From NCBI GenBank assembly GCA_964016885.1, contig OZ024740.1, positions 277,388,001-277,452,000 of the forward strand: a DNA stretch of 64,000 nucleotides. The letters are read 5' to 3'. The stretch's first letter is position 1; the number at the start of each line of letters is the position of its first letter. The notes below the pieces were generated by a model. The model made no database searches. It was not told the origin of the DNA and saw nothing but the letters and a program-made list of their open reading frames with translations. Position numbers and translations under genes: made by a program. The stretch is from Eledone cirrhosa (lineage: Eukaryota). Shown piece by piece: positions 14,060-29,965 of the stretch.

Positions 14060-14209
14060 GCTTCTTCACTAATGGGTTCCAAATATTGCAGCACCAATGA
14101 AACAAGTGTGCGGGCCGCAAGGGAGACTATGTTAAAAAATAAACCTCATTTGGTCACATTCCATGAGAGTATCTTAGCCAGGCTATAGACCTTTTTGCCG
14201 ACCCCCGTA
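14060..14209 (+). mobile_element. Mariner 3'-end remnant
   Basis: FFTNGFQILQHQ*NKCAGRKGDYVKK* matches the mariner C-terminus, followed by a TIR-like gacctttttgccgacccccg-TA. Confidence 0.6.
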
Positions 14210-14642
14210 TGCAAAATTCTAAGAAATGGAGGTGAAAACCAAAATACACAGTTGTTTTGTGTATAAATGTACTTCATCTAATACAAATAAAGGAGCAGAT
14301 ATTAACAAGAGAGAACAAGCTATTAAATGGTGGAACTAATTTTAGATCAGGATATAAGGAACACTCAGAAGATAAACACTTGGATCCTTGACCATGTCTG
14401 GGCGTTGACAAAAAATGTTTTAGTTGTTGCACTTTTTCTCAAGGCTATTTGTATATCATATCCATATCCATATTATTTTTACAAAAAAAGGAAGAAAATT
14501 AAAATGTTTTTCACCCACTCATTTTTGTATAATATTGTGTCGTGCAACTCCAAACATTCCCACCCACAGTCTTAACGTTACATGTAATTGTGTATATGAA
14601 TCATGATGGTGTGGAATCGCTGGGAAAAAGATCATTCTTCTC

Positions 14643-14673
<31 letters not shown>

Positions 14674-15127
14674 GTAAAATATTTTGTTTCTATATATTGT
14701 GGCTGATATATTAGAAGAGAAAACTGGATATATAGAATAATTGCCCAAAGGAAAACAATATATAATAGTAACAATATTGTCATCGCTATGAAGAAATATC
14801 GATTGTATAATGTATATAAGAATGAAGTGCTAAACATAAAGATGAATTTCCTAATAGTAAGTATATAATATTCTTCTGTAAATTACAAATAATCGTATAC
14901 ATGGCTGGAAGATTTAGAATGTAATAGTTTTCTCAGATAAATTGGATGGGTTGATGATGCTTCAGTTGTGGTTATATTCGAATACGTGAATAAGGAATTT
15001 GAGCTACAATCTCACCATTTGTATTCTAAACACAAACACGATGATGACTATTTCCGTATGTATATCTCACTATATACACACATATATATATTTATGTGAG
15101 TGTGTGTGTGAGGGTGTGAGAGTGTGC

Positions 15128-15249
<122 letters not shown>

Positions 15250-15449
15250 ACAGATATATATATATATGAGGAAGGAAAAGACTTAATCCAGAATGCCAGA
15301 ACTTAAGTTCAAAACCCGAATTAACAACAACAAGCGAGCTAGGCAAGATACTAGGAATGTCATAGCCATAAATTAATGTGAATTAAAAAAGTCACAAAGG
15401 CGCTGTGTGGTTACTAATTAATATTTTGGATTAACTCTTTTCCTTCCTC

Positions 15450-15546
<97 letters not shown>

Positions 15547-15648
15547 GGGTTTAATCGGGGTTCTAGTCCTGTAGAAGACATTTTTATATTTAATCCGGGC
15601 TACACACACACACACCCTCACACCCTCACACATGCACACACACACACA

Positions 15649-15679
<31 letters not shown>

Positions 15680-15729
15680 AAATAAAGTTAAATAAAAAGT
15701 CAAATGTTTAAAATTTAGCTTCGTTTATT

Positions 15730-15784
15730 ACTGCTATATATATTTCAGTGACAGCCATCTTTGGCTGTGACCTCTTCAGGCAGT
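15730..15784 (-). ncRNA. Type I minimal hammerhead ribozyme (family H4)
   Basis: actgc-CTGAAGA-ggtcacagcca aaga tggctgtcact-GAAA-tatata-TA-gcagt. Confidence 0.85.
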
Positions 15785-16964
15785 CCGAATTAGTGTGGTA
15801 TAGACAAGTACATATGTTGTTGAGGTGTATAATTTTGTCAATACTCTGATATGCTCAGTTCCTGGTTGGGTTGTTATTTCACTGAGGAACTGGAATCATA
15901 TGAATTCAAACAAACGAATTTCAGTGTCAAAGGGCCTCTTCTCCTCTCATTGGTCAGTTATTAGAACATTCCTCATTCTAAGTGTTGTTATTGTTGGAGT
16001 TAGCTTAAAAAATTGATAAAGTGGTAGAAGGAACAAGGTGGTAAAGGAACAAAATAACAAAAAAAAGTGTCAAACTTCCCATTGGTCAGTTTTGAGAGCA
16101 TTCCTCAGTCATAAGTCTATAGAATTCTTTCTGGGGTGAGGCTCCCTGTAGTGTTTGTGTTTGCTATTGTTAAGTACATTTGACCTCTACCATTATTTCG
16201 GTAGTGGTGTTGGTGTTGTGGTCAGATTATTTCTCGCTGCTGCTGACAATTTAGAAGTATCTGTGTGTGTTTTTTCTTCATCCCTCATGCCACCATCTCT
16301 CATAGTGGTGGTGGTGGGGGTCGGGGGGGGGGGTTCCATGTATATGAAGAAATATAAGGCAATAAATGAAGAAAACAGAAAATAAATAATAAATAGAGAA
16401 TAAAAAATAAAGAATAAATGAAAAATTGGTGAAAAAGTAATGAAAATGAATATGGAGAAGTGAAAAATAAAATGAAGATTCAAATAAAGTAGGATAAAGT
16501 GTGTGTGTGCTATAACCAATCTCAAGGTCAGAAATATGTTGGATAGATTGGTATGAGGAACAAGATGTTAAAATAAGATAATCAAACAAAATGTGATTGT
16601 GTTATAATCAATCTCAACTTAAAAATAAATATAAGGTGATACAGTGAAGAGAGCAGAAAACAAATAACAAATTAATAAAGAGAAATCAAGTTTTAAAATT
16701 GGAACTTGAAAATCAGAAATCAAGTGAATTAAAATGTGTTTGTGTTATATAGATGTTGGCCAAATTATAATGGCTGTGTCCGATTCAATCTCTAGGCTAT
16801 CATTTTGTCTGCTCAGCCTGGGTTGTTCCCTATGTCTTGAGGGGAGTTCACAACCTAGGGTGTTGTTACTGCCCATATGGTTTGAGGGAGGTCTGGCCGA
16901 GAGGTGTTTACATGTTCTGTAGAAGTCCCTATAGCTTGAGGGGAGTTCACATCTTCTTGTGTTG

Positions 16965-17265
16965 CTACTGTCCATATATCTTAAGGAAGGTCCCGGCTCT
17001 AAGGTGTCTGCATGTCCCGAAGAAGTCGGTTCTGAGGTTTATTAGGCCGCTTCCACTTCTTAGTATCTCGAGGTTCTCGTTCAGGCATAGTTTGCATATG
17101 CAGGATCCCCCTTTATCGGGTGGTACTTTCCTAATTATGTACCAGGCCAGAGAGTACGGGGTCCTGTCCAGCTTAAGCTTCCAGATCAGGTCGGAGAGAG
17201 CCGTGCTTTTCCTTTTGGCCTCCTTATTGAATGAATGGTGATGGTTGTTCCAGCGGTCTTTAAAG

Positions 17266-17266
<1 letters not shown>
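16965..17266 (-). pseudogene. PLE-E GIY-YIG C-terminal fragment (not in ORF track)
   Basis: My translation: SFKDRWNNHHHSF..STALSDLIWKLK..YSLAWYII..CKLCLNENLEIL..LINLRTDFFGTCRH..*, homologous to the PLE-A, B and D ends. Confidence 0.85.
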
Positions 17267-18365
<1,099 letters not shown>

Positions 18366-18391
18366 TATATATATATAGTCAGAGATATATA

Positions 18392-18574
18392 CGGGAAGGG
18401 GGAAGTCGATTACATCGACCCCAGTACGTTACTGGTGCTTTATTTTATCGACCCCGTAAGGATGAAGGGCAAAGTTAACCTCGGCGGGATTTGAACTCAA
18501 ACAGTAAAGCGGCGTAACTCTCTGCTGCAAAGCATGGCGTACGACCCACTACCGATATTGTCAATCCACCGCCC
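18392..18574 (-). mobile_element. tRNA-derived SINE (Deu/Nin-like central domain)
   Basis: Homologous to 23825-24044, with B-box gagttcaaatc. Confidence 0.8.
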
Positions 18575-18611
18575 TTTTAATAATAATAATAATAAAAGGA
18601 CGGTTTGTTAT

Positions 18612-18698
18612 GCCTGACGCTCGTTTCGCTATTGATCAGCTGAAGGTTCGATCTGCATCCATCTGGCCCGAGTGTGGAATCACAAGCTGGTCGGACGT
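18612..18698 (-). ncRNA. Degenerate hammerhead, family H9 (expanded stem II)
   Basis: CCGACCA-gc...gc-GAAA-cgagcg-TC. Homologous to 53941-54025. Confidence 0.4.
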
Positions 18699-18883
18699 CT
18701 GATGTGGTAATGACAGGTTCATTCTGTCATTATCACAGCAGAGGTCCGACGTGCGTCAGTACTCAATAAACTTAATGAAGGTATAACAAATCGTCCTTTT
18801 TTAAATTATATTCACACTCTGCTTAGTTCTACATCTCTTTACAGACTGGAAACTACGCATCAACCTACAGTAACTGCACGTTA

Positions 18884-19034
<151 letters not shown>

Positions 19035-19121
19035 ATATAGAAAAGTCTTCTACAGGACTAGAACCTTTTCATTCGGGAGAAATCATTGAGTACCTTACTT
19101 ACTGTGGTTACCCCCGATTAA

Positions 19122-19152
<31 letters not shown>

Positions 19153-19307
19153 CTGAAGATACCGTTAAGGGTGAAAGCAGCGATTCTTTGCTTAAACTTT
19201 AATCTGTTATTTAAATAAATATTTGCTCTACGGTTTTTATATATATTTACATATATATTATCCTTATCGAGCTCTCTTCGGATTTTAGTCTTCATATTTA
19301 TTGTTAT

Positions 19308-20199
<892 letters not shown>

Positions 20200-20699
20200 T
20201 GATATTCTATCTTCAAATAACGGAATTCTTCCCTCTCACTCTTTTCTTTAAAAAATCACATATTGAAAAAAGAAAAATATCTAAATAGAAGTTGATGACA
20301 TCCGTACTTTCAAACATTCTATCGTTGAAGAGAAGAAAAACCCTCAGAGGTACACTAACAGATCATTAATTCCCCCTTCCCCACACCAATGTATATGTGA
20401 ACTTAAATATTTGAATATATGTGTGTGTAGATATGTTTATATGTGTGTCTGTAGGTGTACAGTTATGTACATATATGTGTAGGTGTGTGCACGTGTGTAT
20501 TTATATATATATATATGTGTGTGTGTGTTTATCTGTATGTACATATATGTGTAGGTGTGTGCACGTGTGTATTTATATATATATATATGTGTGTGTGTGT
20601 TTATCTGTATGTACATATATGTGTAGGTGTGTGCATGTGTGTGTAGGTGTGTATATATATATATGTATGTATATATGTTTGCATATGTATGTATATATA

Positions 20700-20752
<53 letters not shown>

Positions 20753-20842
20753 ATAATAATAAAATTGAAGACTAAAATCCAAAGAGGGCTCGATAAGGAT
20801 AAATATATATCAAATATATAAGAGCAAATATTTATTAAAATA

Positions 20843-20918
20843 ACAGATTAAAGTTTAAGCAAAGAATCGCTGCTTTCACCCTTAACGGGATCTTCTGAAA
20901 CTAACAAAGTCAATCTGT
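20843..20918 (-). ncRNA. Hammerhead-fold motif family H3
   Basis: Same fold as 11831-11906. Confidence 0.6.
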
Positions 20919-22338
20919 AAACGCAGAACTGGATATTTCAAAAACCGTTGCAACCGGAGGAAGACAGGAAGACGATACTTTGGTTCGTAGAAACGTTCGC
21001 TGGCAAAGAACGGGAAAAAACGAATAATACGTCATTAATAGGAGCGGTGAAAAACAATTACGCGCAAAGACAGAACCACGTTTAGGTATAAAAGAGGTCG
21101 TAAACTAATGTAAACTTAGGTGCTGCATAGAGACGTTCTCTGGCAATGAACGAAAAAACGAAGATAATAAGTCATATGTGGAGCGTGGAGAACAATAGCA
21201 CGCAAAGACAAAACCACGTAAATGGTATAGCAGAAGTCGTAGACTAAAATTCTAACTAGGAGACCAAATGAATCTCCGCTACAGAGTTAAGAACAAAGTA
21301 AATAAATACAATACAGAAGTAATAGAAACAAATAAATACATACACGCAAACAAATACGTACATACACAAGCATACGCAAAACCTTACCATAGGTATACAA
21401 CCACGCACATATAAATATGTGTGTGTGTATGCTTGTGTACAAATAAATAAATAATTATATAAACGTATATAAGTAAATAAATACGTATATAACAAGCGCA
21501 CACGCATACCTACATATAAATACACGAATGTTCGGAGACGTAAGTCAACTAAATCAAGAAGTACGCATATACACACACCCACCATACGTACGAACCTGCA
21601 TACTCACGCAGACGCAAAACTCCCGTATACACATAGCCAAACCCTAAATACCAGAATATATAAAAATTATACGCCAAAACAATCAAATATACGTACGAGA
21701 AGGTATACGTACCTTCACAAAACATACGGGTAATATATACTTACCTATGCAAATAAGTAAAGGAATAAACAAAACATATACTTAGCTCCCACATCAAGAC
21801 GTAAAATATCCACGTATAGATCGTACTATCCGTTAGGGTATAACGTGGGGCTGTAATACAGGAAAGTTTTGTGCAATTTATGTTTACAAGCCGAAATTCC
21901 CTCAGATCTTTTGTTTAAGATGTGGTCTGTGGCGTAGAGTATTTCCAGGGCTTCAGCGGCGCAGAGGTCACATGGTCTTTTATTTCCGTTATACGATCTA
22001 GGATCTCCCAGTGTAACTTATATTGGGTGTGGTTGTCTTTTAGACTCCAGATATAAGCTGAAAGTGACGTCATATTCCTTCTTAGAGGGTAACGAAAAGA
22101 ATGGGTATGCATGTAAAGAACGCCTCTATGCACCACCTAAGTTTACATTAGTCTACGACCTCTTTTATACCTAAACGTGGTGCTGTCTTTGCGCGTAATT
22201 GTTTTTCACCGCTCCTATTAATGACGTATTATTCGTTTTTTTCCCGTTCTTTGCCAGGGAACGTCACCATGAACCAAAGTATCGTCTTCCTGTCTTCCTC
22301 CGGTTGCAACGTTTTTTGAAATATCCAGTTCTGCGTTT

Positions 22339-22414
22339 ACAGATTGACTTTGTTAGTTTCAGAAGATCCCGTTAAGGGTGAAAGCAGCGATTCTTTGCTT
22401 AAACTTTAATCTGT
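22339..22414 (+). ncRNA. Hammerhead-fold motif family H3
   Basis: Same fold as 11831-11906. Confidence 0.6.
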
Positions 22415-22421
22415 TATTTTA

Positions 22422-22465
<44 letters not shown>

Positions 22466-22472
22466 GTGTATG

Positions 22473-22505
<33 letters not shown>

Positions 22506-23269
22506 ATGTGTGTGTATGAGTGTGGGTGTGGGTATGTGTGTTTGTGTATGTGTGTGTGTATGTAATATATATGGCCTGTATTTACATTTACATATAGGGA
22601 AGTGAATAGGTGAGCTAGCATGCCCCTCACACTTCCCCTCCCAAACCAATATCAACAACATACATTTCTGACAAATATTCCCAAACTATCCTTATCCTTC
22701 TTTTTACTGTCATCCCTTCTTATCAAAAGACATGTATCTTACACCTCATTACACCCCCCCCCCCCCTACACCACCACCACAACCATCACCAGACACACAC
22801 CTAAATTCATCTTTGATATAGAAAATTGTTGAAGGTACTCTTTATAAATTTAAGATATTTGATTCAGCTATTAGAAACGAATTTGAAAAACAACCTGCCA
22901 TTAATTCCATCAAAGGTCATTTATTGAAATGGGACCAACAGGAGGGCACTTTTACAGTCCTTTCTTAAACAGCTCTCCCAACTTGGTCTCACCATTAACC
23001 ATTTTCTGTGTATATATGTATATATGTGTGTATGTGTGTATATGTGCATGCTTTAATTCCCTTAAATCTTCATCAACACCCCTTCACTCCTACACTCATT
23101 AACACCGCACCCCACCCCCAGACACATCCAAATCTCTCATATATGTAGACTCACACATCACAACACAACCTGATCTCAGTTTGATAATCGCCAACGACGA
23201 ATGCCAGAAAGTTCTTCAGGAAGTTCTTCACTGAAGGTAACAAAGAACTTACTAGATCTAGCAACTCAT

Positions 23270-23386
23270 AATTGTTTCTACTTTAGGCACAAGGCCAGCA
23301 ATTACCCAGTGAATTACTGGTACTTTATTTTATCGACCCAGTAAGGATGAAAGGCAAAGTCAACCTCGGCGGGATTTGAACTCAGA
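23270..23386 (-). mobile_element. tRNA-derived SINE, 5'-truncated
   Basis: actggtactttattttatcgacc..ggatgaaaggcaaagtcaacctcggcgggatttgaactc. Flanked by duplicated agatctagcaactcata. Confidence 0.75.
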
Positions 23387-23706
23387 TCTAGCAACTCATA
23401 ATATTAACTATACATATATATAGAACTGTAGTTGTCTGTGTGTGTCCTCAATTTTACAAAGTCTATACAAATCTGCATTTCTACTCCGATTGACTTCAAA
23501 CTTGCATTTATATATTTCTTGCGGTCTAAAGATATTAAGTGAAGCTTCTATTTTTCAATTTTCTGTTGTTAAAGGGGTGTTAGGCGCCGGTTATTCATCA
23601 CCGTCACGCCCTTATAATATATGTCTGTATGCCTGGTTGTCTGCAATACAACATTCTGACAAACATTGATGACGTATAATTATTGATGACGTCATTATCA
23701 CATCAG

Positions 23707-23793
23707 ACGTCCGACGAGCATTTGATTCCAGAGTCGGTCCAGATCGATGCAGATCGAACCTTCTGCTGATCAATAGCGAAATGAACGTCAGGC
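23707..23793 (+). ncRNA. Degenerate hammerhead, family H9
   Basis: CCGACGA-gc...gc-GAAA-tgaacg-TC-aggc. Confidence 0.4.
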
Positions 23794-23824
23794 ATGACAA
23801 ATCGTTCTTTTATTATTATTAAAA

Positions 23825-24044
23825 GGGCGTGGATTGGCAGTATGGGTAGAGGGTCGTACGCCATGCTTTGCAGCAAAGAGTTACGCCGCTTTACTGTTTG
23901 AGTTCAAATCCCGCCGAGGTTAACCTTGCCTTTCATCATTAAGGGGTCGATAAAATAAAGTACCAGGCAGGCGCTGGGGTCGATTTAATCGACTTTCGCC
24001 TCCCCCCAAATTTCTGGCCTTGTGCCTATATAAGAAACCATTAT
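23825..24044 (+). mobile_element. Near full-length tRNA-derived SINE (Deu/Nin-like domain)
   Basis: A-box-like tggcagtatgggtagag, B-box gagttcaaatc, central gcctttcatc..ggggtcgataaaataaagtaccag, and an AT tail. Confidence 0.85.
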
Positions 24045-24200
24045 CTATATATCTAAAACAGAGAATGTCTCTCTGTCTGACTCCCTAAAACTCGAAACCA
24101 CCCAACCGATTGTTTTCAAACTTTACACATGTAATACTTATGGTCATGTGAGTGTTGTGAGCAAAATATATTTTAAATTTTCAATGCCCTATGGACCGTA
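24043..24200 (+). mobile_element. Possible Helitron/HINE-like 5' end fragment
   Basis: atctatatatctaaaa..gtct repeats..caaccgattgttttcaaacttt pattern. Similar text at 23410-23520. Pattern recognition only. Confidence 0.35.
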
Positions 24201-24430
24201 ATAGGCGATTTAGCGATCTCTCTCTATAATTCTTAGTCTTTCTTTTTAGATCGATACATAGCTACGATGTCGCTCCCTTATAATATCTGTCTGTATGTCT
24301 GGCTGTCTGCATTGGGACATTATGACGCTATCTGTGTGTGTGTGTGTATGTATATATAGTGTATATATATATATAAGACAAAATATATATGTATATATAG
24401 CGTATATATATATAAGACAAAACATATAAG

Positions 24431-26725
24431 ATGGGTAATATCTATCCTACGAGGTTACCCTTTAATAAAAGAGTTTGCATACCACAACAAATAGATGACG
24501 AGACAGAGGCACAGTTCACCATAGCTAGAAATAAGATTAGACAAATAGTAGACCGGTATACTAAGAGACAGAGCAGACCAGAGGCCCAACAACTTGGGAG
24601 GAAACCTGTAGAAGGCTTGGTTAGCCTCAAGTAGCGCACAAGAGATGGTGAGGTAGTATGTCTACCCACGGATAAGTCTGGTAGGATGTCAATAGATAGC
24701 ATGCCGAACTACATCAAGGCTATGCAACCCCACATCACCAACACGAGCGAAATTGCACAGCAAACACATGATGGGAGAGAGAAAATCCTCAACGCTCACA
24801 TGATGATGTGGACCGACATCCTAAAGCCAAGCAGACGCACTGCCAACAACTTCCAGGCGTCTAACAATGGTATACCACCCTTGTATGGGCTCCCCAAAGA
24901 CCACAAGACAGTCGACGACCCGACAACAGGACCACCAACAAGACCCGTATGCGGAGCAAATATAGCTAGCAACTACAGCATCTCCTACTTCCTCTCAATG
25001 GTTATACGCCCCATAATCAAGATGTCCCCAGATGTATGTGACAGTACAGAGGACCTCCTCAGCAGAATCGGTGAGTGCAACAAAAACAGGAACCTATCCA
25101 ACTGCATAATAGGCAGCATGGATGTGGTATCACTGTACCCATCCATTAACATTGATTTTGCTGTGGAAAAATGTGTGGAGATGATCATTGAGAGTGAGGT
25201 AGAGTTCTGCGACGTCGACGCAGATGAACTGGGCCTCCTACTTAGACTTACCTATGACACTGACTACCTAGACAGCCATGACCTTAGACGTTTCTGCCCC
25301 AGTAGACCCATAAGAGGTAGACCCTCCACCATAACCTCAATGGCTAAAAGGAGTCCCATGGGAAGGTGGATTGGGTGGACCAAAGCTATACGGACCCCCC
25401 AAAACAATGATCAGGTAAGAAAATTAGTCGCACATGCAATAGGGGCTAGTATCAAAACTACCCTAAAGGGCCACATATTCAAGTTCAACGAGAAGATCTA
25501 CACCTAAAATGAGGGAGCAGCCATTGGCGTCAGCATAGCTGGTGATGTTGCCAACCTTTTTATGGTATGGTGGGAAAGGAGACTTAAAGATCTCCTTAAT
25601 GAGAGCTCCATAGACCTCATCATGTACTCTTGTTACGTAGACGATATCATTATAGTTATAAGAACATCCCAACTAGAGAGCACTAACAAGTTTTATTTAG
25701 AACGTAGCACAATGGAAAGCATCCAGCAGATAGCTAATTCCATACACCAGAGTATAACTGTAACTATCGACTACCCTTCCAAACACCCTAACAATAGACT
25801 ACCTGTGTTAGACACGGAACTCTAGATTAACACTATAGACGAGAGAGCCCAAATTCTCCACTCACACTATACTAAACCCATGGCCTCCAAATACCTGATA
25901 CTCAAAAACTCAGCAATGTCCAGTAGTGCTAAGTTTAATATTCTGATCGCAGATTTGGTACGAGTGATGAAGAATGTGTCCCGCATGTGCGACCCAACAG
26001 AAATGGAAAGACACATCCAACACTTCATGAACCGCATGCAGTTCTCTGGCTACAACCAAAGAGACAGAGTCAGAGTATACGAAGGAGCCATGGAGAAGTA
26101 TAAGACCATCATAGAACTGGACATGAAAGGAATTTGCCCATTATACAGGAGCAAATCATGGAATAGCTTAGATAGGGCTAGACATAAGATAGGGAAAGCC
26201 ACCTCATGGTACGACAACCAGAGATACCATAGTGTCATGTTTGTGGACGCTACCCCTGGAGGGAAATTAGCTAACCAGTGTAGAAAGGCCCTGAGAAAGA
26301 CCCACTTAAAGATTAAGGTGGTAGAAAAGCCAGGAACCACCATAAAATCCCCTTTAAGAAAACCCACTGTACTAATAAGAAATGTATCATATGTAAGGTA
26401 AACCCCCGGATAAACTGTAAAACTAGAAACGTAGTCTATAGCATAAGATGTACAGAGGGTACTTGCAGAAACATGACAACAAAATACATAGGCGAGACAG
26501 CTCGTAGCATAGATGAAAGGATAGACCAACACTGGGGGGAACTAAAAGGACGAAAAACGGTTCAGTACTATACGAACATGCCAGACAACAACACGACGGT
26601 TACATAGACAACATAGAAATTAGAATAATATCTAAACATAGAAATGACCAAGCAGATAGGCAAATCAGAGAGGCCAGTGAAATAGAACTTCGAAGGCCAA
26701 GGCTAAACAGAAAGAATGAATGGAA
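24431..26725 (+). pseudogene. PLE-C reverse transcriptase plus GIY-YIG, disabled
   Basis: PTDKSGR..PPLYGLPKDHK..PTRPVC..GSMDVVSLYPSI..FKFNEKIY*NEGAAIG..YVDDI..LPVLD..CKTRNVVYSI..KYIGETARS..R..QH. In-frame stops and frameshifts. Confidence 0.92.
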
Positions 26726-27020
26726 TAACAACAACACCCAAACAAACAACACTGACCTAAGAGAAGTATAAATAAATAGATAAATAAATACATACACAAG
26801 CACAATAACAACAAACACATATAAACACACACTAGTAAAGAAGAATACATTAACCAATACACAGTCACCAAATCACGAACACACATCAAACAAAACACTA
26901 TACACACACGCAAACGCATGCGTAAAGAAGACAAAATAAAATAAACAAATAAATAAATATATAAACAGACTAAATAAAGATGGCGTAGAAAATACACTGC
27001 AACGGGAGGAAACAATAGCA

Positions 27021-27060
27021 CCACTGACGATGTTGCAGATGTGCAACGAAAGAACTTTGA
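27021..27060 (+). ncRNA. Minimal type I hammerhead (family H5)
   Basis: cca-CTGACGA-t-gttgca gatg tgcaac-GAAA-gaac-TT-tga. A minus-strand copy lies at about 44196-44236. Confidence 0.65.
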
Positions 27061-27665
27061 TAAACTATATATATGTGTTTGTGTCTATATTGTATCTGTA
27101 TTATTTTTGACCGTTGGTCAGTCAATGTCAACATTGAGGACCGAATAAATTAGATTACCGATGTAAAAGACACAGAAGCGAAAAGCGAAAACCAACCAAA
27201 CAGTGAGTGTGTTCTGTTATTAATTCTGGCAATATTACACAAATATGACCCCCCCCCCCCCCCCAAGTATAACAATATATATATATATATATATATAGTG
27301 TGTAATGTTTTTCGAAATATTTACTTCTGCGTTCACAGATTGATTTTTTTAGTTTCAGAAGATCCCGTTAATACACTGGGTGATTGCTGGCCTTGTGCCA
27401 AAAGTAGAAACAATTATTATTAAAACGTAACAGAAATTAAAGACAGTCTTTCCCACTACTTTGTGTTGATAATTAAGAGGAATAATTATCAGGGGTGGGG
27501 GGCAGAGACGATAGCGAAGAGAACGACAGAAAAGGAAAGTATGCAAAAGAAAAAAACATACCGATACATGTAAGATGGTAAGAGAGAAAGAGAATAAGTG
27601 AGTGGAAGCTAGAGAGAGAGAGAGAGAGAGAGATAGAGAGAGGGAGAGAGAGAGAAACTGAGTGG

Positions 27666-27697
<32 letters not shown>

Positions 27698-28166
27698 AAG
27701 AAAGAGAAAGAGAGAGAAAGGAGGAAGGAAAAAAGTTAATCAAAAATGGCAGAACGTAAGTTCAAAACCAGAATTAACAACAACAAGCGAGATAAAGTGG
27801 ATAGAACGGAGTGAGTTTCGTTATCATCTCTGATTTTAGTTGTTTTCTTCCCTGATAATTAGTCCTCTTAATTTTCAACGCACTGTCTTTAATGCGTCGA
27901 AACATCAGTATATATATATATTTATATAGATATTTTTTCAATTTCCAATTGAGTTCTTAGCACGTGGCCTGAATTCCTTTCAGAGTTCATTGTCACGCGC
28001 ATGTATTGTTTTTTGGCGGTAATTCACTTCCTCATTTTTTGAATCAGTTCGAGAACATCTTTCAGAACTGCTGGACTGGCTACCTGACAGATACCTCAGG
28101 CACAGAAAGTGAGTATCGCTAAATGCTGATGTTGGTTAGATTATCAATATTAGTATTATTGGGGCA

Positions 28167-28293
28167 CCCACTGATGAATTATAGGAGCCCACTTGAATAT
28201 ATATCTATTGATGGTATACAAGCTCCTACATAAACTGGTATAATTTCACCCAAATTGTAGGAGTCGTATAATGAAACGAAACGTCCGTCTGGG
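28167..28293 (+). ncRNA. Type I hammerhead with about 95-nt stem II (family H6)
   Basis: ccca-CTGATGA-attatagga..[cttg..caag; ctcctaca..tgtaggag]..tcgtataat-GAAA-cg..cg-TC-tggg. Confidence 0.7.
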
Positions 28294-28464
28294 AAGAGAT
28301 ATATTAGATATGTCTCATTTGAAATAATACAGCCAATTTTCCACGCAATACTTTTAGTTAGCCCCCCGAACACATAATTGGGAATATAATCACTTATTTC
28401 CTAATTTTTGTTGAGTGAGTTGGAATTTGGCCGGAGTATCGCTAAAAAGCTTTCTCCGATATTG

Positions 28465-28566
<102 letters not shown>

Positions 28567-28737
28567 CATAATCGGAGAAAGCTAGTAGCGATACTCCGGC
28601 CAAATTCCATCTCACTCAACAAACATTACGAAATACCTGAGTATATTCCCAATTAATCGTTTGGGGTGCTAACTATATTGTATTGTGTGGATAATTGGCT
28701 GTATTATTTCATATGAGATATATCAAATATATCATTT

Positions 28738-28860
28738 CTCAGACGACTCGTTTCATTATAAGATTTCTACAAGTTGGGTGAAAATATACCAAGTTGTGTA
28801 GAAGCTTGTATAAGATCAACAGATACTTATTCAAGTGGGCCCTTATAAATCTTCAGTGGG
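28738..28860 (-). ncRNA. Type I hammerhead with expanded stem II (family H6)
   Basis: ccca-CTGAAGA-tttataag...cttataat-GAAA-cga g tcg-TC-tgag. Confidence 0.7.
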
Positions 28861-29563
28861 TACCCAATAATATTAATATTGATAACCAAATCAACGTCAA
28901 TATTTAGCGATAATCACCATCAGTGTTTAAGGGACCTGCTAGGTTGTTAGTCCAGCAGTTCTAAAGAAAATCTCACACTGTTCCGAAAATGGGAGGAAGG
29001 AGTCTACCGCCAAAAACAATACATGCGCAGGTCGTTGAACTCTGACAAGAATTCAAGCCACGTGCTAAGAACTCAATGGATATGAAAAAATATTCATATG
29101 TGCGCACCGTTAAATGACACATATAGATATTTTATCGGGCAAAGTAACAGAATGAGATACAAGAACTAACAATCAATATTCATATAAAAAATAAACCAAG
29201 AGAATCATACCTTATCGGGAAAGTTCATATCTGTTGCTCCAAGAGTAAATATATAAATGCATAATCGGAGAAAGCTAATAGCGATACCCCGGCCAAATTC
29301 CAACTCACTCAATAAACATTAGGAAATACCCGAGTATATTCCCAATTAAACGTTTGGGTGCTAACTATATTGTATTGTGCGGATAATTGGCTGTATTATT
29401 TCATATGAGATATATCAAATATACCATTTCCCAGACGACTCGTTTCATTATAAGATTTCTACAATTTGGGTGAAAATATATCATATATATATATATATAT
29501 ATATGATCAACGAAATAATTGTCAGTACTTATTGTACAGCCAACCATGTTACACTTCTTTCTT

Positions 29564-29602
<39 letters not shown>

Positions 29603-29729
29603 CTGTGTAACGTCCATGGTGTATGTTGGTTAATTTCCTGAAAACTGTAGAGTGCTCAACTCATCGGACTGGAAAGTGCCAATCATATATGTAATATAGA
29701 ATATGCTTCATTCAATCCCGGTTGGAGCT

Positions 29730-29895
29730 GTATAAATGAAGTAATTCCGTCGGAAAGGTCCAGAAAAAAAGAGTGCACTATGTAGGTTACAGAGCTTAAT
29801 AGTTATGCATAACTATTTACATAACTATTAAGCTCTGTAACCTACATAGAGCACTATATTTTCCTGGACCTTTCCGACGGAATTACTTCATTTAT
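29730..29895. repeat. Short fold-back palindrome (family also at 720-755 and 7140-7215)
   Basis: aatgaagtaattccgtcggaaaggtcc..agttatg is mirrored by cataact..ggacctttccgacggaattacttcatt. Confidence 0.8.
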
Positions 29896-29928
29896 ATATA
29901 TATATGCCATCTGGCAGGAAGGTATACA

Positions 29929-29965
29929 GTGCTGACGATAGCTAATAAGCTTGAAACTGGTACAT
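29929..29965 (+). ncRNA. Minimal type I hammerhead (family H7)
   Basis: gtg-CTGACGA-tagct aata agctt-GAAA-ctgg-TA-cat. Confidence 0.7.

Larger units (their letters stand above)
15680..17266 (-). mobile_element. PLE-E 3' end (GIY-YIG C-terminus plus long pLTR with HHR)
   Basis: ORF remnant 16965-17266 and HHR 15730-15784. Both ends abut (TA)n. Confidence 0.8.
20750..22425 (-). mobile_element. PLE-A 3' end with inverted partial pLTR
   Basis: pLTR 20750-21830, ORF end 21830-22117 (LYMHTHSFRYPLRRNMTSLSAYIWSLKD), and inverted pLTR part 22125-22425. Flanked by TA. Confidence 0.9.
24431..27278 (+). mobile_element. PLE-C element (ORF plus pLTR with HHR)
   Basis: ORF above, HHR at 27021, end in (TA)n. 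pLTR relatives at 33190-33710, 43950-44520 and 56950-57210. Confidence 0.85.

Noticed and set aside
23825-23915. tRNA gene
   Set aside because: The A/B-box-like head continues into a multi-copy SINE body and forms no cloverleaf.
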